DNA from: Ptychomitrium polyphyllum
Lineage: Eukaryota
DNA: 64,000 bases
NCBI GenBank assembly: GCA_973851085.1
Contig: OZ316775.1
Span: 14,818,001-14,882,000, forward strand
Direction of reading: 5' to 3'
A program made the translations under genes and the position numbers. The notes beneath the pieces are model-generated. The model made no database searches and was not told the DNA's origin. It worked only from the letters and a program-made list of their open reading frames with translations. This document shows positions 12,438 to 24,928 of this stretch, in pieces (position 1 is the stretch's first letter; every line of letters begins with the position of its first letter).

Positions 12438-14543
12438 ATGGCGCATCTTGCTGCGGTGCAGATCAATACGAGGAGGCGCCTCGTGCTGGCGATGGCGCCG
12501 CCTCCGACTCCCTCGGCGAAGACGTTAGTGAAAGCGCTCGTGAGCTTGGCGAAGGCTGTGTCGTCTGCGGGGAAGCCCAAAGTGTGCCAGAGTCGGAATG
12601 TGTGCAATATTGTTCGCAGGATTGAGTTGATGTCGGCTCTTTTCGAGGAGGTTTGGGAGTCTAACCGCCCTATCCCGCCAACTGCTGTGATTGCGTTCCG
12701 GGAGTTGCACGGGTTGATGCAGAGGATCTACATTTTGTTGGAGGAGTGCCGGGAGAGCAGCAGTTTTTGGTTGCTGATGGAGCAGGAGACTTATTCGCAG
12801 TACTTTTATGAGCTCACGCACAGCTTGGGAAATGTGCTGAGTTCGCTTCCTTTAGATCTTCTTGAGCCGTCTGAGGAAGTATTTGAACAGACCGTCCTTG
12901 TGCGTGCGCAGTTGATGCGAGCGCGTCTTACTCTGAATCCTGTTGAGCTTCAGCTTCGTGACGATGTGATCACTATGCTGAAGCTTGTGAAGAGGAAGGA
13001 AGCTCCGAGTCTATCTGCTTTGAAGCATCTTTTCGACATGCTACATCTGCTGAACGCTACCGATTGCGAGACAGAGATTCATCGGTTAGAGGAGATAAGT
13101 ATGGAAGAAAGTAGAAAGGATGAGGAGTTGAAGTCACAGTATGGACTTGCTGGCTTGATCAGCTTCGTGCGATATGGAAAATATGTGCTCTACTCAGCGG
13201 AATTTGAAGGCGCTGAAGAGGAGATTTCTCAAGGTCGTTCAAGAAATTGTGTTGAAAGCTCACGCTCAGGTGAGGTTTCCATAAGTGGCCAAGACGGAGA
13301 TGCTGCGATGGTCAACCCGCCGGTAGAGTTCCTGTGCCCGATCACGCTTGACCTCATGCACGATCCTGTGATCGTTGCAACGGGGCAGACGTATGACAGG
13401 ACATCTATCACGAGGTGGATTCAGGCCGGTCACTCAACATGCCCTAAGACGGGCCAGAAGCTCTCTCACAAGGAATTGATCGTTAATTTCGCATTGAGGA
13501 GTTTGATTTCGCAGTGGTGTGAAGACAACAACGTTCCTTTCGTGGATGAAAGAATTCGCAGAGGCAGGAAGAAAGGCGCTGGTATGCATCACGTGCAAAG
13601 CACAGGGGTTGGCCTTGAGGCCATGAAGCTCGCTGCGTCGTTGTTGTGTCAGAAACTTGCCACTGGTAACGCGCATGTGCAGAAGCAAGTCGCCCGGGAG
13701 CTTCGCCTTCTTTCAAAGGTCGGGGCGGAGAATAGGATTTGCATTGCAGAAGCTGGCGGCGTTCTCTTTCTTCTTCCTCTACTGTCATCCTCAGATGCTA
13801 TAACTCAAGAGCACGCCGTCACGACTTTGCTCAATCTTTCCATTCTCGAAGACAACAAGAAAGATATTGTTGCAGCCGGTGCCTTGGATTTGATCATCGA
13901 GGTTCTGAAATCAGGTCATACGATGGAATCTCGAGAGAACGCAGCGGCAGCATTGTTTTCCCTCTCTGTTAGCGACGAGGTGAAAGTGGAGATCGGAAGC
14001 AAGTTCGACGCAATTCCATCGCTGGTTACCTTGCTTCAGGAAGGAAGCATGCAAAGAGGGAAGAAAGACGCCGCGACTGCATTGTTTAACTTGGCCGTCT
14101 ACCACGGAAACAAGGCCAAGATTATCGAAGCCGGCGCAGTGCCGACGCTGCTCGCACTTCTAGGGCACGAGTCCGCAACCGTCGCCGACGCTTGCGCAGC
14201 AGTCCTTGCTTTGCTCGTAACGTCCCCTGAGGGCACAGTCGCACTTCGTGATGCGGCCGCCATCTCTAGGTTCGTCCCCCTTTTACGCCATGGCTCTCCA
14301 AAAGCGCGTGAATATGCTACCTCGGTGTTGCTCGCTTTGTGCAAGAGCGGTGATCAACTGATCATCGACGACCTTGTTAAGCATTCTACTAACATAGTCC
14401 AATATCTTTACCACTTGCTCACTACCGGCACACTGCGGACGAAGCGCAAAGCCAGTGCTCTCCTCAAGCTCCTCCGTAGCTTGCAGGAGCCTGTTGAGGA
14501 CAGTCGCAACAAGATCTCACGAATTCATCAAATAATTCTCTGA
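12438..14543 (+). CDS. Plant U-box E3 ubiquitin ligase with UND, U-box and ARM repeats (PUB16/17/18/19-like), intronless
   Basis: U-box PVEFLCPITLDLMHDPVIVATGQTYDRTSITRWIQAGHSTCPKTGQ; ARM repeats (QEHAVTTLLNLSI, RENAAAALFSLS, GKKDAATALFNL); N-terminal UND region. First ATG at 12438. Confidence 0.95.
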   Translation: MAHLAAVQINTRRRLVLAMAPPPTPSAKTLVKALVSLAKAVSSAGKPKVCQSRNVCNIVRRIELMSALFEEVWESNRPIPPTAVIAFRELHGLMQRIYILLEECRESSSFWLLMEQETYSQYFYELTHSLGNVLSSLPLDLLEPSEEVFEQTVLVRAQLMRARLTLNPVELQLRDDVITMLKLVKRKEAPSLSALKHLFDMLHLLNATDCETEIHRLEEISMEESRKDEELKSQYGLAGLISFVRYGKYVLYSAEFEGAEEEISQGRSRNCVESSRSGEVSISGQDGDAAMVNPPVEFLCPITLDLMHDPVIVATGQTYDRTSITRWIQAGHSTCPKTGQKLSHKELIVNFALRSLISQWCEDNNVPFVDERIRRGRKKGAGMHHVQSTGVGLEAMKLAASLLCQKLATGNAHVQKQVARELRLLSKVGAENRICIAEAGGVLFLLPLLSSSDAITQEHAVTTLLNLSILEDNKKDIVAAGALDLIIEVLKSGHTMESRENAAAALFSLSVSDEVKVEIGSKFDAIPSLVTLLQEGSMQRGKKDAATALFNLAVYHGNKAKIIEAGAVPTLLALLGHESATVADACAAVLALLVTSPEGTVALRDAAAISRFVPLLRHGSPKAREYATSVLLALCKSGDQLIIDDLVKHSTNIVQYLYHLLTTGTLRTKRKASALLKLLRSLQEPVEDSRNKISRIHQIIL

Positions 14544-16099
14544 ATTATCAATCACTACGAGAAAAAACTAAGTGTTTCTCGAGAGTGATCGAGTCATCAG
14601 AGATTGTCTAGATATATTTAGATTTTCAGTAACAACTTCTTGTCTGGTTCGTTGCCAATTCGCTCGAACGCCATTGATTTACATTACTCGGCCACCTTTG
14701 AAAGGTGACGTTATTAGAGATTCAGATTTGTCCTTAATAGGACTTGATTTATACAAGATTTTGCTAGTGTAGGTCTATTCTTACATTTAGCCTCGTACAT
14801 CAATTGATGTCCAGAGTTGTATCATAAATTTGAATCAGCATCAAATTTCAATGCAAAAATACCGCAACCCATCATCTCCTGCTTCACTGTCTACGTTTGG
14901 ATTATCCTAGAGTTTTAGAACTTTGGTTCATTGAAATCTTCAAAACCTATCTACAGAATGGAGGAAACGGATTCGACGCAGTGTCGATTAGCACTGCTCT
15001 TTATATGGCCTCATTTACTTCTTGATTATGCACGTATTGAGATCCAGTCTTGCAATACTGATGCCAGAAATTAAAGATCAAATGAACACACCCACAAACT
15101 TAGACTTTGGTTTTGGTTTTGTGATGAATCATTACTGTATTGGTCTCTTTGCTTGGAAGCACAATTACTTCTAGAACATACATGGTACTCATCCTTGAAA
15201 AAAATAAATTTTCAGGCTGAAGTCTAATTGAGAAATTTGCGTTTATTTCAATCTTGGACACAGAAGTCTTCAATTTTCAAGTCTTGGTTGTGGGATGTAT
15301 AGTCCAACCACAAAGAAAGGGCTCCATAGTCGTGCGTGAAAACTTATACAACTGTTGACCAAACGAAACGTATCGAGATCAATAGGCAGTTACTCAAGTA
15401 CGACGGCTATGGGTTTGTGGTCATGATCTTGGTGATTCTTGGAACAACGGCCGCTGACAAAACATGGACGCAAAAGTTTGGAGACAGTTAAGGTGCGTTC
15501 CTCGAGGGCAAGCATCTCCTGTCCAGTATCTTTCGAGATCATTTTCTGATCTCAGGGTGTTGAGACAAAATTTTCGTCCAAATTGGCGGCCTGAGACCAT
15601 ACGCAAGAACACATTCGAATTTGCTCCGAGGTGATGGGCTTTCCTGCAGCATTTCTCTTTCGTTTTACTTTGTATAAAACACCGTCTTCATGGCCTTAAT
15701 ATCTGTTTATTTTGTTCTTAAACCAATCGTTGGCTGCTTAAGGGATGTAGCAATTTCAGTGATGCTATCAGAATGCAACAGTAACACTAACCTGCAACGA
15801 CCGCCAATGGGAAAAAGAAATCTATTTGCTTCGTTTTGAAAGCTTCGAGGGCCGCAAATTCGCCCACTGGAGCTGACTGAAGTTTGGAGAACCAAACCTA
15901 TCAAACCGAGGGAGTTGTGCACCGCCGAATTGCACGCCGAATTGTGAAGTTTCAGAAGGGTCCTGGTGGACCCGCTTCCTCAAGATGGCGTAAATCGCAG
16001 TGAGTGAGATCATTAGGGCTGATGTCAATGCTCTTGTGGCCGTAACACTGAAAGGAAACTGATCACCATTGCAGCTCATGGTCGGCTCGTGGTGTCATA

Positions 16100-18700
16100 C
16101 ATGTCTCCTGTGAAAAGCTCTGCAACTGTTGTTACTGCTATTCCAGGGAGCTCCCACAACATGATCTGCATTGAGCCTCCTTGCTCAAACATGCGCTTGC
16201 TAGCCGCTATCTGATACAATCTTCTTACTATCACGTATAATCAGGTACCAATTCTATCCAAATCGGAGCCAGGAGAATACTGTGGCCGGACGTAATAGGA
16301 GGCCAAGCGAAGCGCAATTCTTTGGAGCTACCTCTACTTGTTTCGACTAAGCAATGCACCTTCCGGTTGTGGATCACTTCCTCGGTCCCCATCCTTCCTT
16401 CAGTTTATGTCGCAAATTCGAGACATGAAAAAACAGATCATGCTATATCATGTACACGCTCATGTTAATTCTGAGATTCTAAATCATTCACAGGAATGAA
16501 AGTATCCAGGCTCTGAGTCTTACGAAGTTCCTCTTGAATAAGTAAAGAAACGAGGGGGTGCGACGGTGAAGAATGTCTGACCGCCTTCGTACGCGTCAAA
16601 TCATTAGGGTTTTTGTATCAGAGAGTCGTGAAGAACAGTTCCTCGTGGACATGGCATGGTGCTCCTTCTTGCAAAGCGGACGCGACCTTTCGTCCTCAGC
16701 CAAACCGCAAGGAGAGTAACCGAACGTTAAACGCATAACTCCTCGTCCCTTGCTCGGAGCTTGTGGGCTCGAAGCAGTGTTGCCAAGATGGGCCAGGAAG
16801 GGTATTTTGCATGCTCCTGTCTTTCCCTCTCGTCCTCTTCCTCCTCCTGTAAATTTCGCCAAAAAAATCCAAGCAATTGATGTCACAGTCCGTGATGCAC
16901 AGATGCAAATTGGTTTAGAGTCTTGATCCTTTGCTCCAAACTGAGACCTTCGTATGGAATATCTGAGATTGCCATGGCGAGGCGGAGCTCCTCCTAGATG
17001 CATGGAAGATGTTTTCTCTATCGAAACTTCGTTTCACGAAATCGTGCCAGTTAATGATTTGCAATTGATGTGAGATAATATCAACCATCGCCTCTGCTGC
17101 CTTGGACTGACTTCTATAGAGTCGAAAGAGCTTACAGAAAGAAGTAGCCTTCTGGTGATCTTCTGGCAAAACAAGGCGGCTTCTCAAACGCATGTCAGAG
17201 CGTTGGAGTCTTAGCTTCGTTCTTGACATCATGCGTTCTAGGGATTTCTTAACCTAGTCGTCCCCATAGGCGAATGTCTGCGCATCAGTGAATGAAACCC
17301 TAGGTTATCCATGTTTTGTTAATTCCTTGTAAGCACTAAGTTGTGAGTGGTGCTCTCTTGCTAATTGAAGGACATGCCCTCCGAAACAAGACAAGAAGAT
17401 AATCCTAGGCAACTTATCTCCGCAGAAGGCAGCTGCGCTGGCGGTGGCATTGGCAGTTTCGGTCACAGCCTGGTACTATATCTACAGAAAGAGGCGGCCT
17501 GCAAGTGCAGATGCAGATGGATCAAGCACAGAGGGCGCACATTGTCCACCCTAGGATCCATAGCCACTTGATGAACTTGGCCGCTCTTGGACCAGTCTCC
17601 AAGCACACAACTCCCAAGTGTTTTTCTCTCAGGATAATAATTTTGCATTATCAAGGACTACAGAACTGTGGCCATAGTTCTGCAACCACTGCCTACTTTT
17701 GATTGATCACTCTTGAACGATTGCAACTTGCTTGCAAATCGCTCTCACTCTTGCACGCTGCCAAGCTTTTCCTGCTTGTATCAGCATCAGAGCATACGAG
17801 AGATCATATCTGCAAGAATTGGTCTTCATCTCTCTTAGCACGGAATTGGTTTTCAAGTTTGAATTCAGTTTGTTGAAAGGTTCTGAACATGTTCTCTTTG
17901 GAGAAGCCGTCTCATTTGACATTTTCTCTTTCAAGGAATGAAACTGTAGGAATGCTGTCTTTGAGCTAGACTGAGTTCATGTTTTGCGGTACTTGTGAGA
18001 AATGACAAGTACATCACTCCTTCAATCTCATGCGCCATAAGTCCAACTGTGAAGGAAAAGCCTGAGCTAAAAGAATCTCTAGACTCATCATACAGTAGAG
18101 GGCATGACAGAGGAAGTGACTTGATATTCCGCAATCTGTCAGCAAGCAACTGCAATCATGCGCACGTTATATACATTACTTCAACCAATCCGGTAGGAGC
18201 CTTGCATCCAGTGAACATTCTATTTCATCACTACATACTAAGGTTTGCAACGCAAACTACACGTGTCAAATTGTGATTGGTTTAGACTTATTAAAGCTTA
18301 TATAAAATTTGCAAATCGACCATCTACCTAACTACGGTACAAGTTCTTTACCTTCTTGAAGCACTGGAAGATTTCAGTCAAGACACGAATGGGACTCGCG
18401 AGTCGTAACGAGGCTTAAGAGGGACCGTGTCAAGCGCACGCAGCAGTCGAGAACCCATTGGGAACCAAGCTGTTGAACGATGAGACACCGTGCACAATGA
18501 GAATGCGAAAAGGCCGCCGCCGGAGTAGCCCGCGGGAGGTCGCCCGTGCACTCACTCTCGCCCATCGTCTGTCGTCCCGACGCCACAAGAACGAACGACG
18601 TGCTCGCACTCCTTGGGAACGCGTCTAAGACCATAGAGAACGACGAAGCAGCCAACGAGAAAGCGAGACGAACAGCGACGTAAACAAACGTTCGTGGAGG
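16100..18700 (-). pseudogene. Tentative decayed protein-kinase-like gene, divergent from the E2 gene
   Basis: A minus-strand donor (AAG|GTAAAG, ~18351) and acceptor (TTGCAG|, ~18150) are present. Downstream fragments LAMAI, EQRIKTLNQFASVHH..HQLLGFF, GTVLHDSL and CRSCC loosely match kinase subdomains II-IV, VIb and XI in order. There are many stops and frameshifts. Confidence 0.25.
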
Positions 18701-19005
18701 TCCGTCGTGCGCGGAGCCTCACAGTTTGGCCCTTGAGGCAGAAGACCGGCGTCTCTTGGAGGGCGCTGTCGTGCCAGACTCTTTGCGAGGGATCATTGCA
18801 TTGCGCATCGCTCTCCTGCGACGCCACGGCCTCGCAATCCCTTGTTTTCCTCCTTTCTCGCTCGCTCGCAACCACCCACAAACAGCACACGAAACAGTGG
18901 CGTTTTGCACTTGGGCTGTGGAATGTGCCGACACAACTAACGCAGCTTGTGAATGCGCAACAAGGTCGCTGCTTAGGTAGTTAGGGGGGGTGCTACTTTT
19001 CAACG

Positions 19006-22000
19006 ATGGCGTCTCGCCGGGCTGCGATTCTGGCCCGCAGAGGAGCCTCTTGCATTGCCTCCTCGGCCTCTAGACGCGCCGGAGCCAGGCCACTAGCGGA
19101 TCTTCTGAGCTCTAACGCCAGGACTGACGATGAATTCGCTTCTGCGGAGCGTGGGTTCTCCACTCGCGTCGCCGATGTCTCCAGGTAGTGGTTGTGATTT
19201 GGTTTCGTTCGGTTTGATGTGAAACTTTGTCGCCGGAGGATCTGTGCACAGAATGGTGTGTGGGGTTTGAATGGGGGTGTCGTTTAAGGGATTCTTAGAT
19301 GGCGAGCTCGTGGTGTAGGAGTGGCTAGTGAAAGTGCTTTCGTGCCTGTTGGTTAGAATCTTTGGGTTTCTTTCGTAGGTTTTTCCTGGGGTGGTGCAAT
19401 TACGATTTGGTGTTGATGATCGTGTTCTAGGGGTCAAGACTGGGATGGGATATGGAGGAACGTTTCTAGATTCTTCTAGCACATTTTTAGGTCAAATCAC
19501 TTTTGAATGTATTTGATGTTGCAATTTTCAGCAGGGTTTTCGATTGTCTTTTTCTGAAGGCATGTTAGTTGTCCGTTTGTAATATTGCCGTGAGACCTAA
19601 TGTGCACAATACAGTGATAAACCATGTCTTGGTTCTTTACGGTAAAGCAGGTTCTTATTCGGCGTTATATTAGCTCAACGTTGATATTCTTATTGGATTT
19701 TTTACCTTTGAAGTTGTTACGCGATTAATACTTTGTATCAGAAGCTACACGTATTATAGGTTTTCATTCATCTTTCTACAAGGTGATGACTTGGCCTTGA
19801 CTTGGGCTCTGACGGTAGCTGTGATTTTTTTTATTATACTGATCAAGCTTGTTTATGCATGAGTAGGACTACCATTCAGCATCAATCTGTAACGATGCTG
19901 AAGAATTTTGCGCGAGGACGAAAATCAGCATTTCATGCTTCTAGTGGTATGTATAATGTATTTTTGTTTGAAAGTGCATGAGAGAATCGTCATGTTGCGA
20001 GAGTTCCACTAGAATGAAGTTGGAGCTCTGTACGAATGACGTGGAGAACGTCGCAAGGATGCGATTTACTTTAGAACAGTATTCTAGTCATTATTCATGG
20101 TGAACACTAGAATGTGGACCAGCTGCTACTTGGATTAGCATTTAGATCAGAGTTGCACACCTTTTTACACATGCAGATGCAATTCTTGATATCTGAGATG
20201 CGCATTGAAAGTGTAAGTCCTGTGATCACAGCCCTTCTAAATCATATCGTTTTACTCGCAGCTCGATCTGTTATGGAAATTGGCATGCCATCACTTTCAC
20301 CTACCATGACTCAGGTCTGTCAAACCTCTATCGTGCTTGAACCGTCCTTTGCTTTCTCAATGATTCTTCCTGGTAATTGAATTTTATGGTCCACTTTTTA
20401 TCTAGATTTCAGGCTAACTTGTACATGTTTGCATAGCTACGTTTACCGACACTTTTTTTAAGCACCTACTAATCGTTAGAACTCTCATCTGACTTCTTCC
20501 TTTGCAGGGTAACATAGCTACGTGGAGGAAGAAGGAAGGCGACGAAGTTACTGCTGGGGATGTTTTATGTGAAATTGAGACGGTAGGTTTAGTGGTTGCA
20601 GGTTTAAGAAACATTAGTACTTGTTTTTATGCAAATTTAATGTAATCACTTTAGCTGTCTAAATGATGACCCTCTCGTTTTCCATTTTGGTGTCTTGAAG
20701 TTCATATAGTGATGGTAATCACACACTGAGGAACCTCTGTAAACAGGACAAGGCGACACTGGAGATGGAATCGATGGAAGATGGTTTCCTCGGCAAAATT
20801 CTGGTTGGTGATGGTGCCAAGGACATTCCAGTTGGTCAGGTATATATCGGTTTTTGAGACACTGCTCATCACTTTACTTTTGTGCTCTTCACACTAGAGT
20901 ATGGTTGTCACTTATCATGTTCATAAAACGAATATTCAGCCCTTTGAGCAATCTCATGACGTTTTGCATTTTTATTCTTTGTGAGCTACCGTTGAGAATG
21001 TATTAATCCTTGCCGCATCTCCTTTTAACCTGTGTTTGACGCTTTCGACGGACAGGCTATCTGTTTGATGGTTGAAACAAAGGATGAGTTGGAAACGATT
21101 GGTGATTACAAGCCTTCAGGAGGCGGCGAGTCCAGCGAACCACCACCAAAGAAAGAGGAGTCAAAATCTGCACCCCCTCCTCCCGCTCCAAAGCAAGAGG
21201 AATCAAAACCTGCGCCCTCTAAACCTGCTCCAGCTTCATCGAGTCCTCAATCTGGTGGAGATCGTGTTTTTGCAACACCTGCAGCCAGGAAATTTGCTGA
21301 GGAGAAGAATGTAATAACCTCAAACTTGTACTCTGTGTCAAGGTCACTCGTCGTACTTGCTGAGTGTGTCCGTCTTTTGTTGCCACCTACGTATCATCTG
21401 ATGAATCAGTCTTCGAACAGGGCGTCTTTGAGAAAGAGACAGTATGCTGCGGCTATTTTGAAGCAGCAAGAGTCCTGTTCTATCTCCAGCTTACTGCTTG
21501 AAATATCTATTCTACTCATCGCCATATCTTTAGTGCTCCGCTCAATGGTGGTTTTGGTTATTTCTTCAGGTGTCCTTATCTAGTATCAAGGGAACAGGTC
21601 CAGATGGAAGTATTTTGAAGGCCGATGTTGAGGATTATCTTGGTAAGAACATGAATGTGTATTATTTACTGTGTTACATGCTCTTTCAATGCCTTCTGTT
21701 CATTCGTTGTTCCTGTGTATATGTAATACACTTAAACAACCTAAGCTTATTTTCTCCAATATTGTCGCTGTACACTTCCCTCTTCTAGGGTGCCTAAGGA
21801 GGTTTTAGCTTTATCTGAATTTATTCGACGGCGGATGGGTTTCGTCCGTGGTGTACAACCACGAGCTAAGTGGCCAATTCTTTATACGTATATGATACAA
21901 TTTGTGCAATTTGTGCAGCTAAAGGACCTTCTCCATCTGAGAAGCCAGTTTCTCCTACAGACCAACATGTTTCAGGTGGAGCTCCACCAAGCGGAATGCC

Positions 22001-24928
22001 ACCGATTGGTGATTTGGACTATACTGATATTCCCAACACCCAAATTAGAAGGGTAAGGCTTCTCTGCACTTCGATTTTCTTGATGAAGGACCATAGTCTG
22101 TGGTACTCGACTACTAAAGCAAGCTATGTCTGTCGAAGAGCTAGCAGCTGTCCCGAGATGAATCTGTTGCAGTGTATATAACCAATTGTCTAAGTAACTT
22201 ATATGCTAAATTTTTTTAGTGAAAATGTGATGCTGGTGATTTTGATAACGATCTGCTTGTTACACTAAAGATTTCAGCTGTTCTTATCGTGTATTACCTT
22301 ATCTTATAATGATGAAGGCAAAGAATTGTACACATGCGAGGTGAATTCTGGGGATAAAGATCTTGCCTCATGTATGTAGCATGTGTGGTTGTGGTTGGGT
22401 TGACGTATATTTACCTTGAGTAAATATTATGGGAACGCTTGCCTTGTGATACAGGTTATTGCGAAACGTCTACTCCAGTCAAAGCAAACAATACCTCACT
22501 ACTATCTCAGCCTTGAGCTACGTGTAGACAAGCTTCTCCTGTACGTGACTCTTTTGCATGGCTCCAAGTGTTCAGTCTTTCACATTAGGATTGGTTTTCA
22601 CAACGTGTTAAATTCTCTTGTTAAATTTTGATAAGAAGATGAAAACGATATTCTAAGGCGTTGTATGGCTAATTTGTGAGGTTTTCTATGTTGGTTTATA
22701 GGTTGCGGAGTGAATTGAATGCAACATTGGATGCTTCAAAGAAGAAGGATGCTCCTACCAAGAAGATTTCATTGAACGACTTCGTCATCAAGGTTACATC
22801 TATTCAATGTCTTATCAGGTCTCAATCGTCAGTAGTCGATTGATGTAAAGTCTTTGAAAGTTTCTACCGCTATTTGTTTTTTCACTTACCAGTAACCGTT
22901 TTTGTGAACGTGCAGGCTGCAGCCTTGGCATTGAAGAAGGTTCCAGAAGTCAACAGTACCTGGACTGACGACTTCATTAGACAGTAAGTGCGATGATTTC
23001 ATGATTTTGTTTTATTGGATTTATTAGATTAACAGCATCACATACCGATTCTGAAATGTTTCAAAAGTGATAATATATTGTGTCTTTTGAAGTTTAGTCA
23101 TCCGTAGACTCTGAAGCCTTGAGTGACATTTTAAGTTGTGTGAAAACGGTGTGTTACCTGTTTCTCACTCGACAAAATCATACCTTAGAAAGTAAGAAAT
23201 GTACCAACAAGTTTGATGCAGAGCTCATGATGTCCTCCTTTACTCAAGAGTTTTAGGTCCATCAACAAACTCACTGTGCGCATGATGTGTCTTTACTGCA
23301 TGATGACCGCTGATTAGCTGTAGCTGAAATTGCTGGGCAGGTACAACAATGTGAACGTCAGTATTGCTGTGCAGACTGAAAATGGACTGATGGTCCCAGT
23401 TGTGAAGGTAATTTTTTCGTGAACCTAGTAGGTGTACAACTCCCAGTTAGTCTTTTAAGTGTATATAGAGAATGAAGCTATTTGGATGTCTTTCTGATTG
23501 TGCTCGTCTTTTGTAGGATGCGGATAAGAAGGGCTTGGGTACCATTACAGATGATGTGAAGTCATTAGCTGCCAAGGCCAGGTCGAACACATTGAAGCCC
23601 GACGATTACGAGGTACATTAATTTTAATGCGGCATATGTTACGAAAAGTTTACTTATTGTCTCATGCCGGTTCTGATCTTCTGTGAAATGTGTATGCATG
23701 AGTTTTGTAGTTTAGCACATCGCTAATTTATAAGTTTTCATCTTCAGAGTTTTCCTTTTGTAGATATATGTGTTGAAATGAGGTCTAGTGGTATTGTTGT
23801 TGTATATGTAAATCTTGTTCCTGAAGTTGTTCCTTGATGAACCGCTGGTGGTTTTTGTTTGGTTTTGAATTGACCATTAGCTGAAAACCCCCTTATTCTT
23901 ATCATTTGAAGCTGTTGTTAAAACTTAAAATTTTTGTACTTATCATTGTAATTCATCATTATGGCCTTTAATCTTCTCTTTTTTAGGTTCTAAGTAGTAG
24001 TAAGATTTTTAAATATGTCAAATGTGCAGGGTGGAACATTCACAGTTTCCAACTTAGGAGGACCGTTCGGTATTAAACAGTTTTGTGCTATTATCAATCC
24101 TCCTCAAGCAGCCATTCTTGCTGTTGGAACCAGTAAGTTTCTATTCACGTCATTGGCTTGATTAATGTTCTTTAAACCTGTATGTGCCTCGAAAAATATC
24201 AGGATACATTTTTAGATTCCAGAAATATGGTATGGTGCTCTAGTTCCCTTGTGCATATACGAAGTGACATTTAAGTTGACGGCTGCTTTAATCTGATACT
24301 ATCAGGACTAGTGCGAGTTGTGCATTAGAATAGAGGTGCTGCTTTAAAGCTTTTGGTTTGTAATATGAAATTCTTGGAGTATATTATACTAGTAAATCTA
24401 GCGACTAGAGTTTTTCGGGTTTCGACCAGATTAGCTTTAGAATCTGTCGGATGTATGATGGCTCATGTGCATTCCCCTTTAGGAGACTGATTTTCTGATG
24501 TGGTATTTTCGATCACAGCTGAGAAGAAGGTGATTCCAGGAGTTACACCAGGGGAGTACGACGTTGGCACTTTCATGACCGTCACAATGAGTTGTGATCA
24601 TCGTGTTGTTGATGGTTAGTTCTATAACTGAAACCACTTAGTAGTTCTTTAAAGTTTCAAGTTGGACCAATGAATAAAGTTGCTACTTCTAGATCATAAC
24701 ATAATGTCATGGATTGAAATATTTGTTGGCAAACCTCGTTAACTGATATTTCATTTCTGTTCTCCTGTAAACATTCTTTGAGATGGTAAATTTGGTCAAT
24801 GCACGTTGTGCATATAATATTGTTTGGACATGAACAATGTGGGTGCTATTGTGGCAGGTGCTGTTGGTGCACAATGGTTGGGAGCGTTTAAGGGCTATAT
24901 TGAGGACCCTATGACTCTAATGCTTTAA
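19006..24928 (+). CDS. DLAT: Mitochondrial pyruvate dehydrogenase E2 (dihydrolipoamide acetyltransferase), single lipoyl domain. Exons: 19006-19184, 19867-19946, 20262-20314, 20508-20582, 20747-20839, 21056-21310, 21570-21642, 21919-22052, 22455-22540, 22702-22792, 22916-22983, 23341-23407, 23517-23612, 24030-24132, 24519-24614, 24858-24928
   Basis: Arg/Ala/Ser-rich transit peptide; lipoyl domain [29 protein letters not shown]3-binding domain [20 protein letters not shown]; catalytic [10 protein letters not shown] and CDHRVVDG. All joins are GT-AG and in frame. A small extra exon in the 5' part cannot be excluded. Confidence 0.95.
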
